From: an uncultured Chloroflexia bacterium
Lineage (GTDB): Bacteria > Chloroflexota > UBA5177
Direction of reading: 5' to 3'
DNA: 64,000 bases
Assembly: GCA_963737125.1 (NCBI GenBank)
Contig: CAVTRL010000001.1
Span: 1,758,355-1,822,354, forward strand
Of the stretch, positions 52,233 through 64,000 are shown in pieces. The notes beneath the pieces are model-generated. The model was not told where the DNA came from. It did not search any database and saw only the letters and a list, made by a program, of their open reading frames with translations. The number at the start of each line of letters is the position of its first letter. The stretch's first letter is position 1. A program made the position numbers and the translations under genes.

Positions 52233-53336
52233 ATGTTTGGTCGAAAAGATGCTACGAGGCGGACGTCCCAAGCATCTATCTTATTGCCTGTGAAATGGAG
52301 CGCAGCCGGCTTGCGCGACACCTACAGGCGCGCGACGCCGTATGTCCTGGCGGTCTATGTAGCGTGTGTTGCGGGCCTTTTTCTGTTCTTCAACATGCGT
52401 TTGACCGTGGAGTGGGTGGCGATCATTCTCTTTGTCGCTGCCCTTCTGTCAGGGCGAGCACTACTGTTCGTGCGCGACTGGGGTGTATTCATCGCGGTGC
52501 TGCTGGCCTGGCAACTTGCATCGCCGCTCGCTACTCGATTCACCTTCCCCTGGCATCTGACCGAAATGGTGTCCGCGGACAAGTGGATGTTCTGGGGCAC
52601 GGTGCCGTCGGTGTGGCTCCAGCAGCACCTGTACCATCCGGGTCGTCTGGAGCCGTGGGACGTGCTGGCGGCAACCATGTATATGCTGCATTTCCTCTCT
52701 CCGCTGGCGGCAGGCTTTCTTCTCTGGTCGACGAATCGAGCGCTCTTCCAGAAGTTTGCAATCACCTTCGTACTGGTGGCGCTGGCCGGATTCGTGACCT
52801 ACATTGTGTACCCGGCGGTGCCTCCGTGGATGGCGGCTCAGCCTCTGGTGGCTGTCGGCAATCAGTATCTGTACCCGTGGGTCGCGGCGTCGCACTATCC
52901 CGGCGGCCTGCGCGGGGCGTGGGCGCACGCGCACGTCTATCTTCCCGGCGTACAGAACCTTTTCAACAGCATCGCGTCACGCTGGTACAACCCATATCAC
53001 GGAACGATTTTCTTCGGAAGCCTGCATCTCCATTACGACCAGGTGGCGGCCATTCCCTCCGAACACGCAATGTATCCGCTACTCTTCTTCTTGTTCCTGC
53101 GGCGTCAGTTCGGAAGCTGGGGGTACCTGGCACTGATCTATATTGCGCTCTTGCTGTTCAGCATCACCTACCTGGGACAGCATTACGTGATTGACGCGGT
53201 AGTGGGTTTTGTCTATGCCGGGATGGGCTACGCAAGCGTGATGCACGGCTGGCCCTGGCTGCGACAGCGGATGAAGCGTCGCGAACGCGCGAGAGCGTAC
53301 GTCCCGTCGGGAATGCGCGAACTCGAGGAAGCATAG
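52233..53336 (+). CDS. PAP2-superfamily membrane protein (phosphatase / inositol-phosphoceramide-synthase-like)
   Basis: Track ORF 52107..53336 trimmed to avoid the divergent gene; PAP2-like motifs ..IPSEHAMYP.. and ..LGQHYVIDAVVG... Confidence 0.45.
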   Translation: MFGRKDATRRTSQASILLPVKWSAAGLRDTYRRATPYVLAVYVACVAGLFLFFNMRLTVEWVAIILFVAALLSGRALLFVRDWGVFIAVLLAWQLASPLATRFTFPWHLTEMVSADKWMFWGTVPSVWLQQHLYHPGRLEPWDVLAATMYMLHFLSPLAAGFLLWSTNRALFQKFAITFVLVALAGFVTYIVYPAVPPWMAAQPLVAVGNQYLYPWVAASHYPGGLRGAWAHAHVYLPGVQNLFNSIASRWYNPYHGTIFFGSLHLHYDQVAAIPSEHAMYPLLFFLFLRRQFGSWGYLALIYIALLLFSITYLGQHYVIDAVVGFVYAGMGYASVMHGWPWLRQRMKRRERARAYVPSGMRELEEA

Positions 53337-53341
53337 GTGCA

Positions 53342-54940
53342 GTGAGTCCCGGCGACATGAGGCCAAGGCTGGCGCCGGCTCTGCGCGTGTTCGTACTGGC
53401 ATTGGTCGTGTACGGCTACTTTCTTCCCCGTTGGGCGGACTGGAACCAGGATTCGCGCTTTGACCTGACGCGAGCGCTGGTGGATCTGCATACTCTGCGA
53501 ATCGATCGATTTCACTTCAATACCTGGGACAAGGCGAAGTTCCGAGGACACTTCTACAGCGACAAGGCCCCGGGCACCGCGGTGCTAGGGGCGGCCGTGT
53601 ACGCGGCGTTTGCGCTGGGAAGAAATGCACCATTGGTCGATTCCGGCATCAAGGACGTCGAGTCCAACGGCGTCTGGAACATTGCGATACGTCTGGGAAG
53701 GACTTCGACTCAGAACTCGCCCGCACCGAAAGGCACCAATCTGGGGGGCTGTCAACGTTCGGGGGGCGGCGGGAACGTGCAATTCATCCCCTGGGGGAAT
53801 CGACTGTATCCGCCTTTTCGGGACTGGGCGCTTTCCAAGTACGTGACCACGGTCGGGGCAGTGGCTTTGCCGTCCGCGGCGTTTCTGGCATTCTTCTTCT
53901 GGTTTCTGGGCTTCTTTTCACGGCGCCTCTGGACGCGACTGGCGGCAACACTGGTCTACGGCTTCGCAACGGTGGCCCTGCCGTACTCCACGGTCTTCTA
54001 CTCTCACCAGCTAAGTGCCGCCTGCCTATTTACCGCGTTCGCCTTGCTCTTTTTATTTGGGAGGGGCCTTGCCGGCGGAAAAGCGGTGCTCGCCGCGGGC
54101 TTCTTGCTCGGCTTTGCCTTCTTCACGGAGTACACGGTAGCGCTGGCAATCGTGACGATCGGGATGTACGGGCTGTACGTTTGCCGACGCTCCGGATCCG
54201 CCATACTCGGGTTTCTGATAGCGGGAGTGATACCGGTTGGCGGACTGATGGCGTACAACGCGGCCGCATTCGGAAATCCTCTGGATACCGGTTACTCGCA
54301 CGATTTTTGCTGGTCGGCGGCTCAGGCCGGCGGATACGCTGGGTTCACGTATCCGCACCTCGCTGCACTTTTCGACCTCACGATCGGGCCCTTCCGGGGT
54401 TTGTTCTACGGCTCGCCAGTTCTCGTGCTGGCTCTGGCCGGGGGCGTGGTGATGAGCCGCCGGGGCATGAGAGTGGAAGCGGTCCTATGCCTGGGCACGG
54501 CGTTGGCGTTCATTCTTGCAATCAGCTCGTATTGGGGCTGGAATGGCGGCCAGGTGGACGGACCGCGGTATCTCGTGCCAATCGTGCCGTTTCTGGCATT
54601 TGCACTGTTTTTCTACCTCGACGCGGTGGCAAGGGCGAGGCCGGGCGTACTTGTTTTCGGGATACTCACTATCTGGTCGGTTGGAGCGGTCTGGGCAGAG
54701 TTTCTGGGCGGAGAGCTCTTTCCGCCTTCCGGAATGAGATATCCTCTGGTCAACTACTCGTTTCCAGCACTGCAACGCAACGAGATCGCCCCCAACCTCG
54801 GAATGTTTTTCGGTTTAAGCGGGTGGGTCTCGTTACTTCCGCTGGCGGCGGTCGCCGTTCTCATAGGAGCAAGCGCCGCGTTGCCACGGTCCAGGGGAAC
54901 CCGCGCGGCTCTCAACCGCGACGCTCCATACGCGCAATAG
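53342..54940 (+). CDS. polytopic membrane protein, putative glycosyltransferase
   Basis: 532 aa with many TM helices and a conserved-looking N-terminal loop (..WNQDSRFDLTRAL..FHFNTWDKAKFRGHFYSDKAPG..); no firm family. Confidence 0.35.
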   Translation: MSPGDMRPRLAPALRVFVLALVVYGYFLPRWADWNQDSRFDLTRALVDLHTLRIDRFHFNTWDKAKFRGHFYSDKAPGTAVLGAAVYAAFALGRNAPLVDSGIKDVESNGVWNIAIRLGRTSTQNSPAPKGTNLGGCQRSGGGGNVQFIPWGNRLYPPFRDWALSKYVTTVGAVALPSAAFLAFFFWFLGFFSRRLWTRLAATLVYGFATVALPYSTVFYSHQLSAACLFTAFALLFLFGRGLAGGKAVLAAGFLLGFAFFTEYTVALAIVTIGMYGLYVCRRSGSAILGFLIAGVIPVGGLMAYNAAAFGNPLDTGYSHDFCWSAAQAGGYAGFTYPHLAALFDLTIGPFRGLFYGSPVLVLALAGGVVMSRRGMRVEAVLCLGTALAFILAISSYWGWNGGQVDGPRYLVPIVPFLAFALFFYLDAVARARPGVLVFGILTIWSVGAVWAEFLGGELFPPSGMRYPLVNYSFPALQRNEIAPNLGMFFGLSGWVSLLPLAAVAVLIGASAALPRSRGTRAALNRDAPYAQ

Positions 54941-54993
54941 GTGAGGCGTATGAGGCCCATACCGCTTGACCGGTCGAGATCGAGGTCGGCGAT

Positions 54994-55863
54994 TTGAGGT
55001 GGTTTGCGATCCTGGCGCTGGTATGCGTCACAGCCGTGTGGGGATATACCTTCGTGGTGGTCCAGAACGCGATCCGACTTTACCCGGTGGTTCCGTTTCT
55101 CTCGCTCAGGTTCGCGTTTGGCGCACTGTTACTGTGCCCGCTCCTGCTGCGTGGAGCGAGGGACATAACCTCCGGGATCATGCCCGGTCTGGCGCTGGCG
55201 GCGGGCTATCTCTTTCAGACGGTGGGACTGGAGTACACAACCGCCTCACAGGCCGGCTTGTTGACCGGGCTATTTGTCGTGTTGACTCCGCTTTTGGAGT
55301 TTGCCGCCTATCGATCGAGGCCTCGATCGGTGACTGTGGTAGCAGTGCTGGTGGCATTTGCCGGGGTCGCGCTCCTGGCACTGACCGGCAGCACTCACAT
55401 GAGTCGCCGCATCGTACTCGGCGATTCGCTCGAGCTCGCCACGGCCCTGGCGTTTTCGGTCCATTTGATCCTGTTAGGACGAGCGTCGACGGGTAGAAAT
55501 TCCGGGCAGGTAGCAGTCGGACAAATTGCGACAGCCGCGGTGTTGTTCACGGCGGGAGCTTCAACCATGCGGGGCTACTCACCCGTGGCGCCGACGGTGG
55601 GAGTTGCGCTACTAATCACCGCAGCGGGCGCGACCGCCGCGGCCTTCTGGGTACAAACGTTCGTGCAGCAGCGATTGTCTCCGTCCCGAACGGCTCTGGT
55701 GCTAGTGTTGGAACCGGCCTTCGCAACCTTCTTTGGCTTCTTGCTGGCCGGCAACACGTTCACACACCTACAGGCGATCGGTGCCTCGTGCATCTTCGTG
55801 GCGCTGGCAGGTCATGAAATGACGCTCTCGCTCAAGCCGGGGACCCGCCCAGTGGCCGGCTAG
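54994..55863 (+). CDS. DMT-superfamily (EamA-like) transporter
   Basis: 289 aa, about 10 TM helices in two EamA-like halves. Confidence 0.65.
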   Translation: MRWFAILALVCVTAVWGYTFVVVQNAIRLYPVVPFLSLRFAFGALLLCPLLLRGARDITSGIMPGLALAAGYLFQTVGLEYTTASQAGLLTGLFVVLTPLLEFAAYRSRPRSVTVVAVLVAFAGVALLALTGSTHMSRRIVLGDSLELATALAFSVHLILLGRASTGRNSGQVAVGQIATAAVLFTAGASTMRGYSPVAPTVGVALLITAAGATAAAFWVQTFVQQRLSPSRTALVLVLEPAFATFFGFLLAGNTFTHLQAIGASCIFVALAGHEMTLSLKPGTRPVAG

Positions 55864-56599
55864 TAGCGAGGCCGATTCTCCTCGGGTAGCCCTCCGGCGT
55901 GCGCGCTACCTTTCGGTAGATGACAACGTACCGGTCGTCTCCGAGGCCAACGTCGACCGGTATTCGCGTCAGGGCTGTGCATTCGACCCGCAGAGCGCGC
56001 GCGGCGGCCGTAGCGGTGGCGATTTCGCCGCTGACATCGCCACTTTTGGGAAAGACCAAGAACCCTCCGGAACGGACGAACGGACTGCAAAGCTCGATCA
56101 GCGCGGGGAGTGCCGCTACGGCGCGCGCAAAGCAGAGGTCGGCCGCGTCGCGAAAGCGGTCCAACCAGGCGACTTCCTCGGCGCGGCGTGCCTCGACGGC
56201 GACGTCCTCCAGACCGAGCTCTTCGAGCATACGGGAGAGAAATCGAGCTTTTTTCTGGACCGACTCAACGAAGGTAAAGGACCAGGCCGGAAACAGGATC
56301 TTGAGAGGCAGCCCCGGCGCACCCGAGCCGGTGCCGACATCGACCGCGCGCACTGTTTTACCCGGGTCAACCACATCCCGAGGCAGATACGGGGCGATAG
56401 ACAATGAGTCCACGATGAGACGCTGCATCACGTCCTCGGGCGTGCGAAACGCGGTGAGATTGAAGGACCGGTTGGTTTCGATCAGACGGGAGCAATACGC
56501 TTCGAACAACTCGATCTGACGGCGCGACAAGTCGAGGCGCAGGGCGCGAGCTCCGGACTTCAACAGGGCGACGGCGGACGCGCTATTCGACTCGTTCAC
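55832..56599 (-). CDS. rsmG: 16S rRNA (guanine527-N7)-methyltransferase
   Basis: C-terminal 255 aa of track ORF 55832..57310: ..VDVGTGSGAPGLPLKILFP.. SAM-binding motif; GTG start at 56599 chosen. Confidence 0.75.
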   Translation of the reverse strand: MNESNSASAVALLKSGARALRLDLSRRQIELFEAYCSRLIETNRSFNLTAFRTPEDVMQRLIVDSLSIAPYLPRDVVDPGKTVRAVDVGTGSGAPGLPLKILFPAWSFTFVESVQKKARFLSRMLEELGLEDVAVEARRAEEVAWLDRFRDAADLCFARAVAALPALIELCSPFVRSGGFLVFPKSGDVSGEIATATAAARALRVECTALTRIPVDVGLGDDRYVVIYRKVARTPEGYPRRIGLATSRPLGGSPA

Positions 56600-57870
56600 G
56601 CTATCGATCTCGACTCTGTCGGGGGCCGTGCCGGTGCTCCGGCGGCGCGAGATCGCGACCCCACCAGCGTGGCGAGAAGCGCAGCCAGCAACGCCAGGGC
56701 CGGCGCCGCAAAAATAGCTGTCCGTACGCCGGTGTGCTCGGAAACGGTCGTAATAACGGACGCGACGATACCGGAGAGGCCGAACCCGAGCCCGAGCGTC
56801 AGACCGGAGGCCAGTCCTCGATTCAAGGGTAAGAATTCCTGCCCCTGGACCACCGTCACGGAATTTGACGCGAGCATGGTGGCACCGGAGAGCGCGATCA
56901 GTGGCCACACGAAGAGCGGCGGGACCAAAAGCGCCACGACCAGCAGTGGGACCGAGACCAAGAGCGATAAGACGACAGTGGGTTTGCGGCCATGCATGTC
57001 GGAAAGGTGGCCTCCCACCAGTCCACCTGCCGCTCCGGCGAGGGAGAAAACGAACGCGAAGTACGAGCCGAGCTCGGGCGCGAAGCCACGCAAATGGAAA
57101 TAGAGGGGAAGAAAAATGATCAAACAGTAGAGGGCGGAGCTTCGAATCGCGATGACGGACACGAGAAGTGTGAGCGGTTTCCAGACGTTGGCCACGGAGG
57201 TCTTGAGCACTTGCCACGAGAAGACTTCCGTGGAGGCGCCGGTGTGGGGCGTGTAGCGTGCCAGCGCGATGGTGAGTAACGCTCCGGGTACAAGCAGAGC
57301 GGGACTCCAATCGAGGCCTACGGTGGCGACAACCGCCGCGGCCACCGGCCCGAGCGCAAAACCGATATTGCCTCCCATCGAGAAAAAGGCCATGGACCGC
57401 CCCTTGTTGCTGGGACTCACCGAGTCCACCATGGCGGCCGCCTGGGGGTGAAATGCAGCGGTACCGAGGCCGCCGATGGCAGCAACGAGCAGCACCGTGA
57501 AGGTGGTGTTCGAGTGTGCAATGATGCCGGCCGCGACGCCGACCCAGAGCGGTCCGATGATCGCAAAGATACGGCGACCGGTGCGATCGGCCATCAAGCC
57601 GAAAATAGGCTGCAACACCGAGCTTCCGATGAGGTACACGAGTAGCACGAAACCGGCCGCGGCGGTCGTGATGCTGTGTCGAAGTACCAGGTACGGCATG
57701 AGCGAGGTTATGAAGTTGCCATACATGTCGTTGACCAGGTGTCCGGCGCTGAGAAAACCAACACGAAGGTAGTCGGTACCGGAGCGGAGAGCGGATTGAT
57801 GGCGAGTTTCTTTTGCAATCACGGCGCGAACCTCGGGGAAGGTTTTGTAATCCGATTGTGCCCGCTGCAT
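56596..57870 (-). CDS. MFS transporter
   Basis: 12-TM MFS-like ORF (..GLMADRTGRR.. loop motif); start set at the Met that avoids overlap with the divergent L,D-transpeptidase start. Confidence 0.7.
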   Translation of the reverse strand: MQRAQSDYKTFPEVRAVIAKETRHQSALRSGTDYLRVGFLSAGHLVNDMYGNFITSLMPYLVLRHSITTAAAGFVLLVYLIGSSVLQPIFGLMADRTGRRIFAIIGPLWVGVAAGIIAHSNTTFTVLLVAAIGGLGTAAFHPQAAAMVDSVSPSNKGRSMAFFSMGGNIGFALGPVAAAVVATVGLDWSPALLVPGALLTIALARYTPHTGASTEVFSWQVLKTSVANVWKPLTLLVSVIAIRSSALYCLIIFLPLYFHLRGFAPELGSYFAFVFSLAGAAGGLVGGHLSDMHGRKPTVVLSLLVSVPLLVVALLVPPLFVWPLIALSGATMLASNSVTVVQGQEFLPLNRGLASGLTLGLGFGLSGIVASVITTVSEHTGVRTAIFAAPALALLAALLATLVGSRSRAAGAPARPPTESRSIA

Positions 57871-59091
57871 ACTACTGGTAGGAAAGGGAGGATCCATGCG
57901 CAGGCGTGTGTGGTGGTGGGTAACCGTCGCCCTCGTTTTGCTGCTGTGCGCCACATTCGGCACGGCTCGGGCAACGCAGGTTGTGGACCGGAACGCCGCA
58001 TACGGAACTTTCACGGCGGCGCGGACCGTGGCCGTTCATGCGTTGGCATCAGCTTCTACCGACGGGATGCGTTCCAAAGCATTGTCGCCCTTCCAGGCCC
58101 GTGCGGCCCAGCTTGCGCGGCGGCCGGCTCCGCCGAGCACTCCGCTCTGGGACACCGCCAGCGCGGCCTACTACCGTGCCCTGGCGGCCGACTACCGCGT
58201 ACTGGCCCGGCAGGTGAAGGCGGCAGACAAACTTCAGCGGATACGGTCCCGACACGCTGCGACAGGTGCGCTCACGACTCTGGGGCGACTTATCACGATC
58301 GCGGCTCGTCTGGATCTCGATACCTCGGAGGCAGTGAACGTGCAGAAGGCGCAGCAGAGCGCTCTCTCGAGCTCGACGTCGACGCGGTCGAGCAGGGCAG
58401 TGCGGACCGCCGTGCGCGCCGAAGTGCTCAAGCTGAGCTCCGTGGTGGAGGCACGAAAAGCGGCGTTTAGCAGCGTCCTGTCGAAATCGGGCGGAACGCT
58501 CGCCGGAGTGCAAACACTCGCCGATACGGAAGCCAACGAGGCGCAGAGCCGGCTGTCACTGCTCTCTCTACTGACGACACGATCCTCGGCATATTCGAGC
58601 ACCGTCACCGGGCTGGTGAGTGCAATCCATGACCAAACGACGGTAGCGGGCGCGGTCGACCGAGAACTTGCCCTCGAGGACGAGCTACAGCGCATCGACG
58701 CGGATTATGACCGTACCATTCCCGCCAAGATGATCGTGGTTTCAACGGAAAATCAGACCGCGACTATGTACGAGAAGTCGACCGCGGTGTACTCGACGGT
58801 GGTCACGACGGGCGGGCCGGAGCTCCCCACGGACCATGGCGTGTTCCACATCTACTTCAAAGCGAGCCCGTTTGTTTTCCACTCGCCGTGGCCCATCGGG
58901 TCGCCGTACTACTACGATCCCACGCCGGTACAGTTCTGGATGCCGTTCGACGGTGGCGAAGGGCCTGCATGACGCATCGTGGCGGTCGAACTTTGGCCCC
59001 GGGTCAAACCTGGCGCCGACCGATCTCGGAAACGGCAATACTATTCTGGGGACACATGGTTGCGTCAATCTGCCGTTCGCCGCGGCTCAAT

Positions 59092-60804
<1,713 letters not shown>

Positions 60805-61525
60805 GGGGCGTGGGCCGTGACTCAGGTGTCATACGGTCCGCGCTGCACCCTGCGGCACGGGGCGCGAGCCCCAGCGGATGACCGCGCCGATGATGTAAAT
60901 GACAGCGGAAATGAGCGCCAAGCCATATGCCGAAGCCACGGCTCATGCCCTGGCACTGAATGCACGCGTACTTCCCCAGCTGGTACACGAACAGCAGGAG
61001 AAGCACGGTACCGACCGTAAGATAGACGATGGGTGTGCCGAACGGAAGTGGCGGAAGTCCGGTGGGAGCCGCAATCGCCGGGTACAACGACCAAAAACAC
61101 GGTGGCAAGAAAGAAGACGATGACGACCACGGAGGCGACTTCCGAATACGTAAAGGCCCACTCACTGTGGGGGCGCGGCACGCTGCTCGTAAACCAGGGT
61201 AAGAACAGACTCACGAGCGTCAACACGCTCGCGACGAGCACGATGTAGTCGCCAATCGATGATGCGCCGCAGGTCAATGAAGCCGCGCCGGCGCGTGGCA
61301 GCGTTACGCATGGTGTTCTCCTCCCACCGATGCCAGCAGGCATGCCTGGCACTGTTACTCCTCGCACAGTGTACAACTGGTGCTCACGGAAGGGTCCCGA
61401 ACGGCACCTTGTGGTAATGTAAAAGTAGGTTTTGACGGCGTAAAACAGGCGACCGGCAAGAATTCCAGGTACGTATCAGCCGGGCGGATGAGAACCTGTC
61501 GCCAGCGTCTATGGCGTGAGGAAGC

Positions 61526-61883
61526 ATGGTTCAGGATTATGTCCCGCTTCTGATCCTCACGATCCTGGCGGGCGGTTTTGCAGTGACCAATATGTTCATC
61601 ACGTTCGTGGTCGGGCCGTGCCGTCCGACGCGCGAAAAGCTGTCATCCGTACGAGTCGGGAATGACGGAGATCCAGCCGCCGAGGCAGCGGTTTCCGATC
61701 AAGTTCTACGTCATCGCGATGCTGTTTCTTCTTGTTCGACATCGAAGCGATTTCGTTTTATCCGTGGGCGATGTTGCTTCGGGTCTTGCACTTTTCAGGC
61801 TTCATTGAAATGTTCATCTTTATAGTCGTCCTCTTGTAGGGTACGTCTACATCTGGAAGAAGGGAGCGCTCGATTGGGAATAG
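61526..61883 (+). CDS. nuoA: NADH-quinone oxidoreductase subunit A (about 3 frameshifts)
   Basis: [20 protein letters not shown].. then ..[10 protein letters not shown] / [12 protein letters not shown].. / ..[15 protein letters not shown] in successive frames. Confidence 0.7.
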
Positions 61884-62446
61884 ATGGAACACCCGATGCG
61901 AACGCAATTGAAAGCGTCTCAATCATTCAGCCGCGCACTCTCCGTGAGCGAGGCGACACTGACTACTTGCCCACGCACCAGGGCGCGTATCTTCACGACG
62001 ACGGTCAAGCAGATGGGCCACTGGGCGCAGGCCAACTCGATCTGGCCGGCGCTGTTTGGTCTAGCCTGTTGCGCCATCGAAATGATGGCGATGAGCGCGG
62101 CCCGCTGGGATGTGGCCCGCTTTGGCGCAGAGGTGTTCCGGGCCTCGCCCCAGGACAGTCGGACCTGATGATCGTTGCAGGCCGGCTGTCCACCAAGATG
62201 GCGCCGGTACTGCGCCAGGTCTACGACCAGATGCCGGACCCGAAGTGGGTGATCAGCATGGGTGCATGCGCTTCCACGGGCGGCGTGTTCAACAACTACG
62301 CAATCGTTCAGGGAGTCGATCAGATCGTGCCGGTCGATGTCTATGTGCCGGGCTGTCCGCCCACGCCGGACATGCTGATGTACGGATTCACCATGCTGCA
62401 GGACAAGATCAAGCAGGCATTCCGCCCGCCTCCGATCATGGCCTGA
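61884..62446 (+). CDS. nuoB: NADH-quinone oxidoreductase subunit B (frameshifts)
   Basis: ..[18 protein letters not shown].. and ..[41 protein letters not shown].. in two frames. Confidence 0.75.
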
Positions 62447-62459
62447 GCGCGCGCGGAGT

Positions 62460-62950
62460 GTAGCTGTGACCCCGCGAGGAGACAGCCGACGGTACTGCAA
62501 GCAAGTGTTCGGCGATACGAGTGCTGGACGTCGTGCAATTCCGGGGCGAGGTGACGGCAGTGCTGGTCGCGCGAGCGCAATCGTAGACGTGCTGCTCGTT
62601 CTGTCGCGACGAACTGCGGTTACGACTTCTGCTCGGACGTGACCTGCACCGATTGGCTCGATCGGCACCCACGCTTCGATGTGGTGTATCACATCACGAT
62701 TCGTGCCGGACACTGGATCCGCTTCCGCCTGAAAGTGCAGACGAACGACGGCGAGCCGGTGCCGACGGTCATTCCGGTGTGGCGGCGCGCCAACTGGGCC
62801 GAACGCGAAGTATGGGACCTGTTTGGCATCGAGTTTGACGGGCATCCCGACCTGCGACGGCTTCATGCTGCCGGAGGGATGGATCGGACATCCCCTGCGC
62901 AAAGACTACCCGCAGACTCAAATCGCACTGCCGCGTCCCAAGAGCCGACA
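62460..62950 (+). CDS. nuoC: NADH-quinone oxidoreductase subunit C (frameshifts; boundaries approximate)
   Basis: ..RFDVVYHITIRAGHWIRFRLKV..ANWAEREVWDLFGIEFDGHPDLRRL.. with N- and C-terminal parts in other frames. Confidence 0.6.
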
Positions 62951-62989
62951 AGGTTAGGCGATTCGATTCCATGGTCACCACCGAACGCA

Positions 62990-64000
62990 CGCGGCGACAC
63001 CATGGTCCTCAACATGGGGCCGCACCATCCGTCGACCCACGGCGTGCTTCGACTGCTGCTGGAGCTCGACGGTGAAACCGTCGTCAGCGTCGTGCCCGAC
63101 ATTGGGTATCTCCACACCGGTATCGAGAAGACCGGCGAGCGACTGAAGTACCAGCAGGTCATCACGCTGACCGACCGCATGGGATACCTCGACAACATGC
63201 TCGACGAGCTCGCGTACGTGCTGGCCGCGGAAAAACTGCTCGGGATCGAGGTGCCGGAACGGGTGAAGTGGATCCGGGTCCTGCTCGGCGAGCTGGAGCG
63301 AATCTCCAGCCACTGTGTCTGGCTCGGGACCCACGCGCTCGATCTCGGCGCGCTGAGCATGTTCATGTACGGCTTCCGGGAGCGCGAAAAGATACTCGAC
63401 ATCAAAGAGACCATCAGCGGCGTCCGGATGATGACGTGCTTCATTCCGCATCGGCGGTTTGATGGCCGATCTACCGCCGGAGTTCGAGCCCAAGGTCCGC
63501 GATTTTCTGAAGATACATGCCGGCCCGCATCGACGAATATCGAGGAGCTGCTGACCGCGCAACGAGATCTGGCTGGAGCGCACCAAAGGGGTCGGAGTCA
63601 TCCTGCCGGCCGAGGTAGCGCATCGAGATGGGCTGTTCCGGACCAACGCTGCGGGCTTCCGGCGTGCCGTACGACATCCGGCAGGAGACGCCGTACAGCG
63701 GCTACGAGAACTTCGACTTCGACGTGATCGTCGGCGAACACGGGGATGTATACGACCGGTTTCTAGTGCCGGGTGCGGGAGATGCGCGAGAGCCTGCGCA
63801 TCATCGAACAGGCGACTGGACGGAATGCCGGACGGCCCGTGGCGAATCGACGACCGCAAGATCGTCCCACCGCCAAAGGATGAGATCGTCACGAGCATGG
63901 AGTCGCTGATCCACCATTTCAAGCTGTTCACGGAGGGTCTGAAGCCTCCGGTCGGCGAGGTGTACAGCGCCATCGAGGGCGGCCCGAGGGGAGATGGGGT
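62990..64000 (+). CDS. nuoD: NADH-quinone oxidoreductase subunit D (partial, runs off window; frameshifts)
   Basis: ..[38 protein letters not shown].. then ..[32 protein letters not shown].. in another frame. Confidence 0.7.

Overview
High-GC (roughly 65-68%) bacterial chromosomal window, densely coding on both strands. All calls come from reading the supplied six-frame translations and the nucleotide sequence by eye; no searches or computations were run. Backbone content: a predicted inositol-lipid operon (ArsR regulator, ino1, two HtrB-like acyltransferases, PimA-like GT4 glycosyltransferase), moaC, a sigma-54-type response regulator, selB, a polysaccharide-export cluster fragment, coaBC, the rpmE/DUF1385/prfA/prmC/tsaC block, valS, a rhomboid protease, polA, apt, an etfBA/acyl-CoA dehydrogenase/thiolase/MeaB/B12-dependent acyl-CoA mutase module with a PduO-type adenosyltransferase, tsaE-tsaB-rimI-tsaD, an ABC1/UbiB kinase, a membrane glycosyltransferase/PAP2 cluster, rsmG, an MFS transporter, an L,D-transpeptidase, hutU and the start of the nuo operon (nuoA-D). 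Three tRNAs (Glu-CUC, Leu-GAG, Pro-CGG) were found by eye. The main accessory feature is a ~6.0 kb segment (39435-45465) bounded by perfect 20-bp inverted repeats with CTA/TAG flanks, sitting exactly between the stop codons of two convergent genes. It carries an IS630/Tc1-type transposase (broken across three frames) plus a co-oriented cargo operon of paralogous membrane proteins and a secreted Cys-rich Asp-box beta-propeller of unknown function; this is my best candidate for an undescribed system. Second caveat for any user: many conserved genes are interrupted by frameshifts, clustered at 29.5-39.1 kb and 58.9-64 kb, which looks more like indel sequencing/assembly error than decay but cannot be settled from sequence alone. 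No CRISPR array or rRNA gene was seen.
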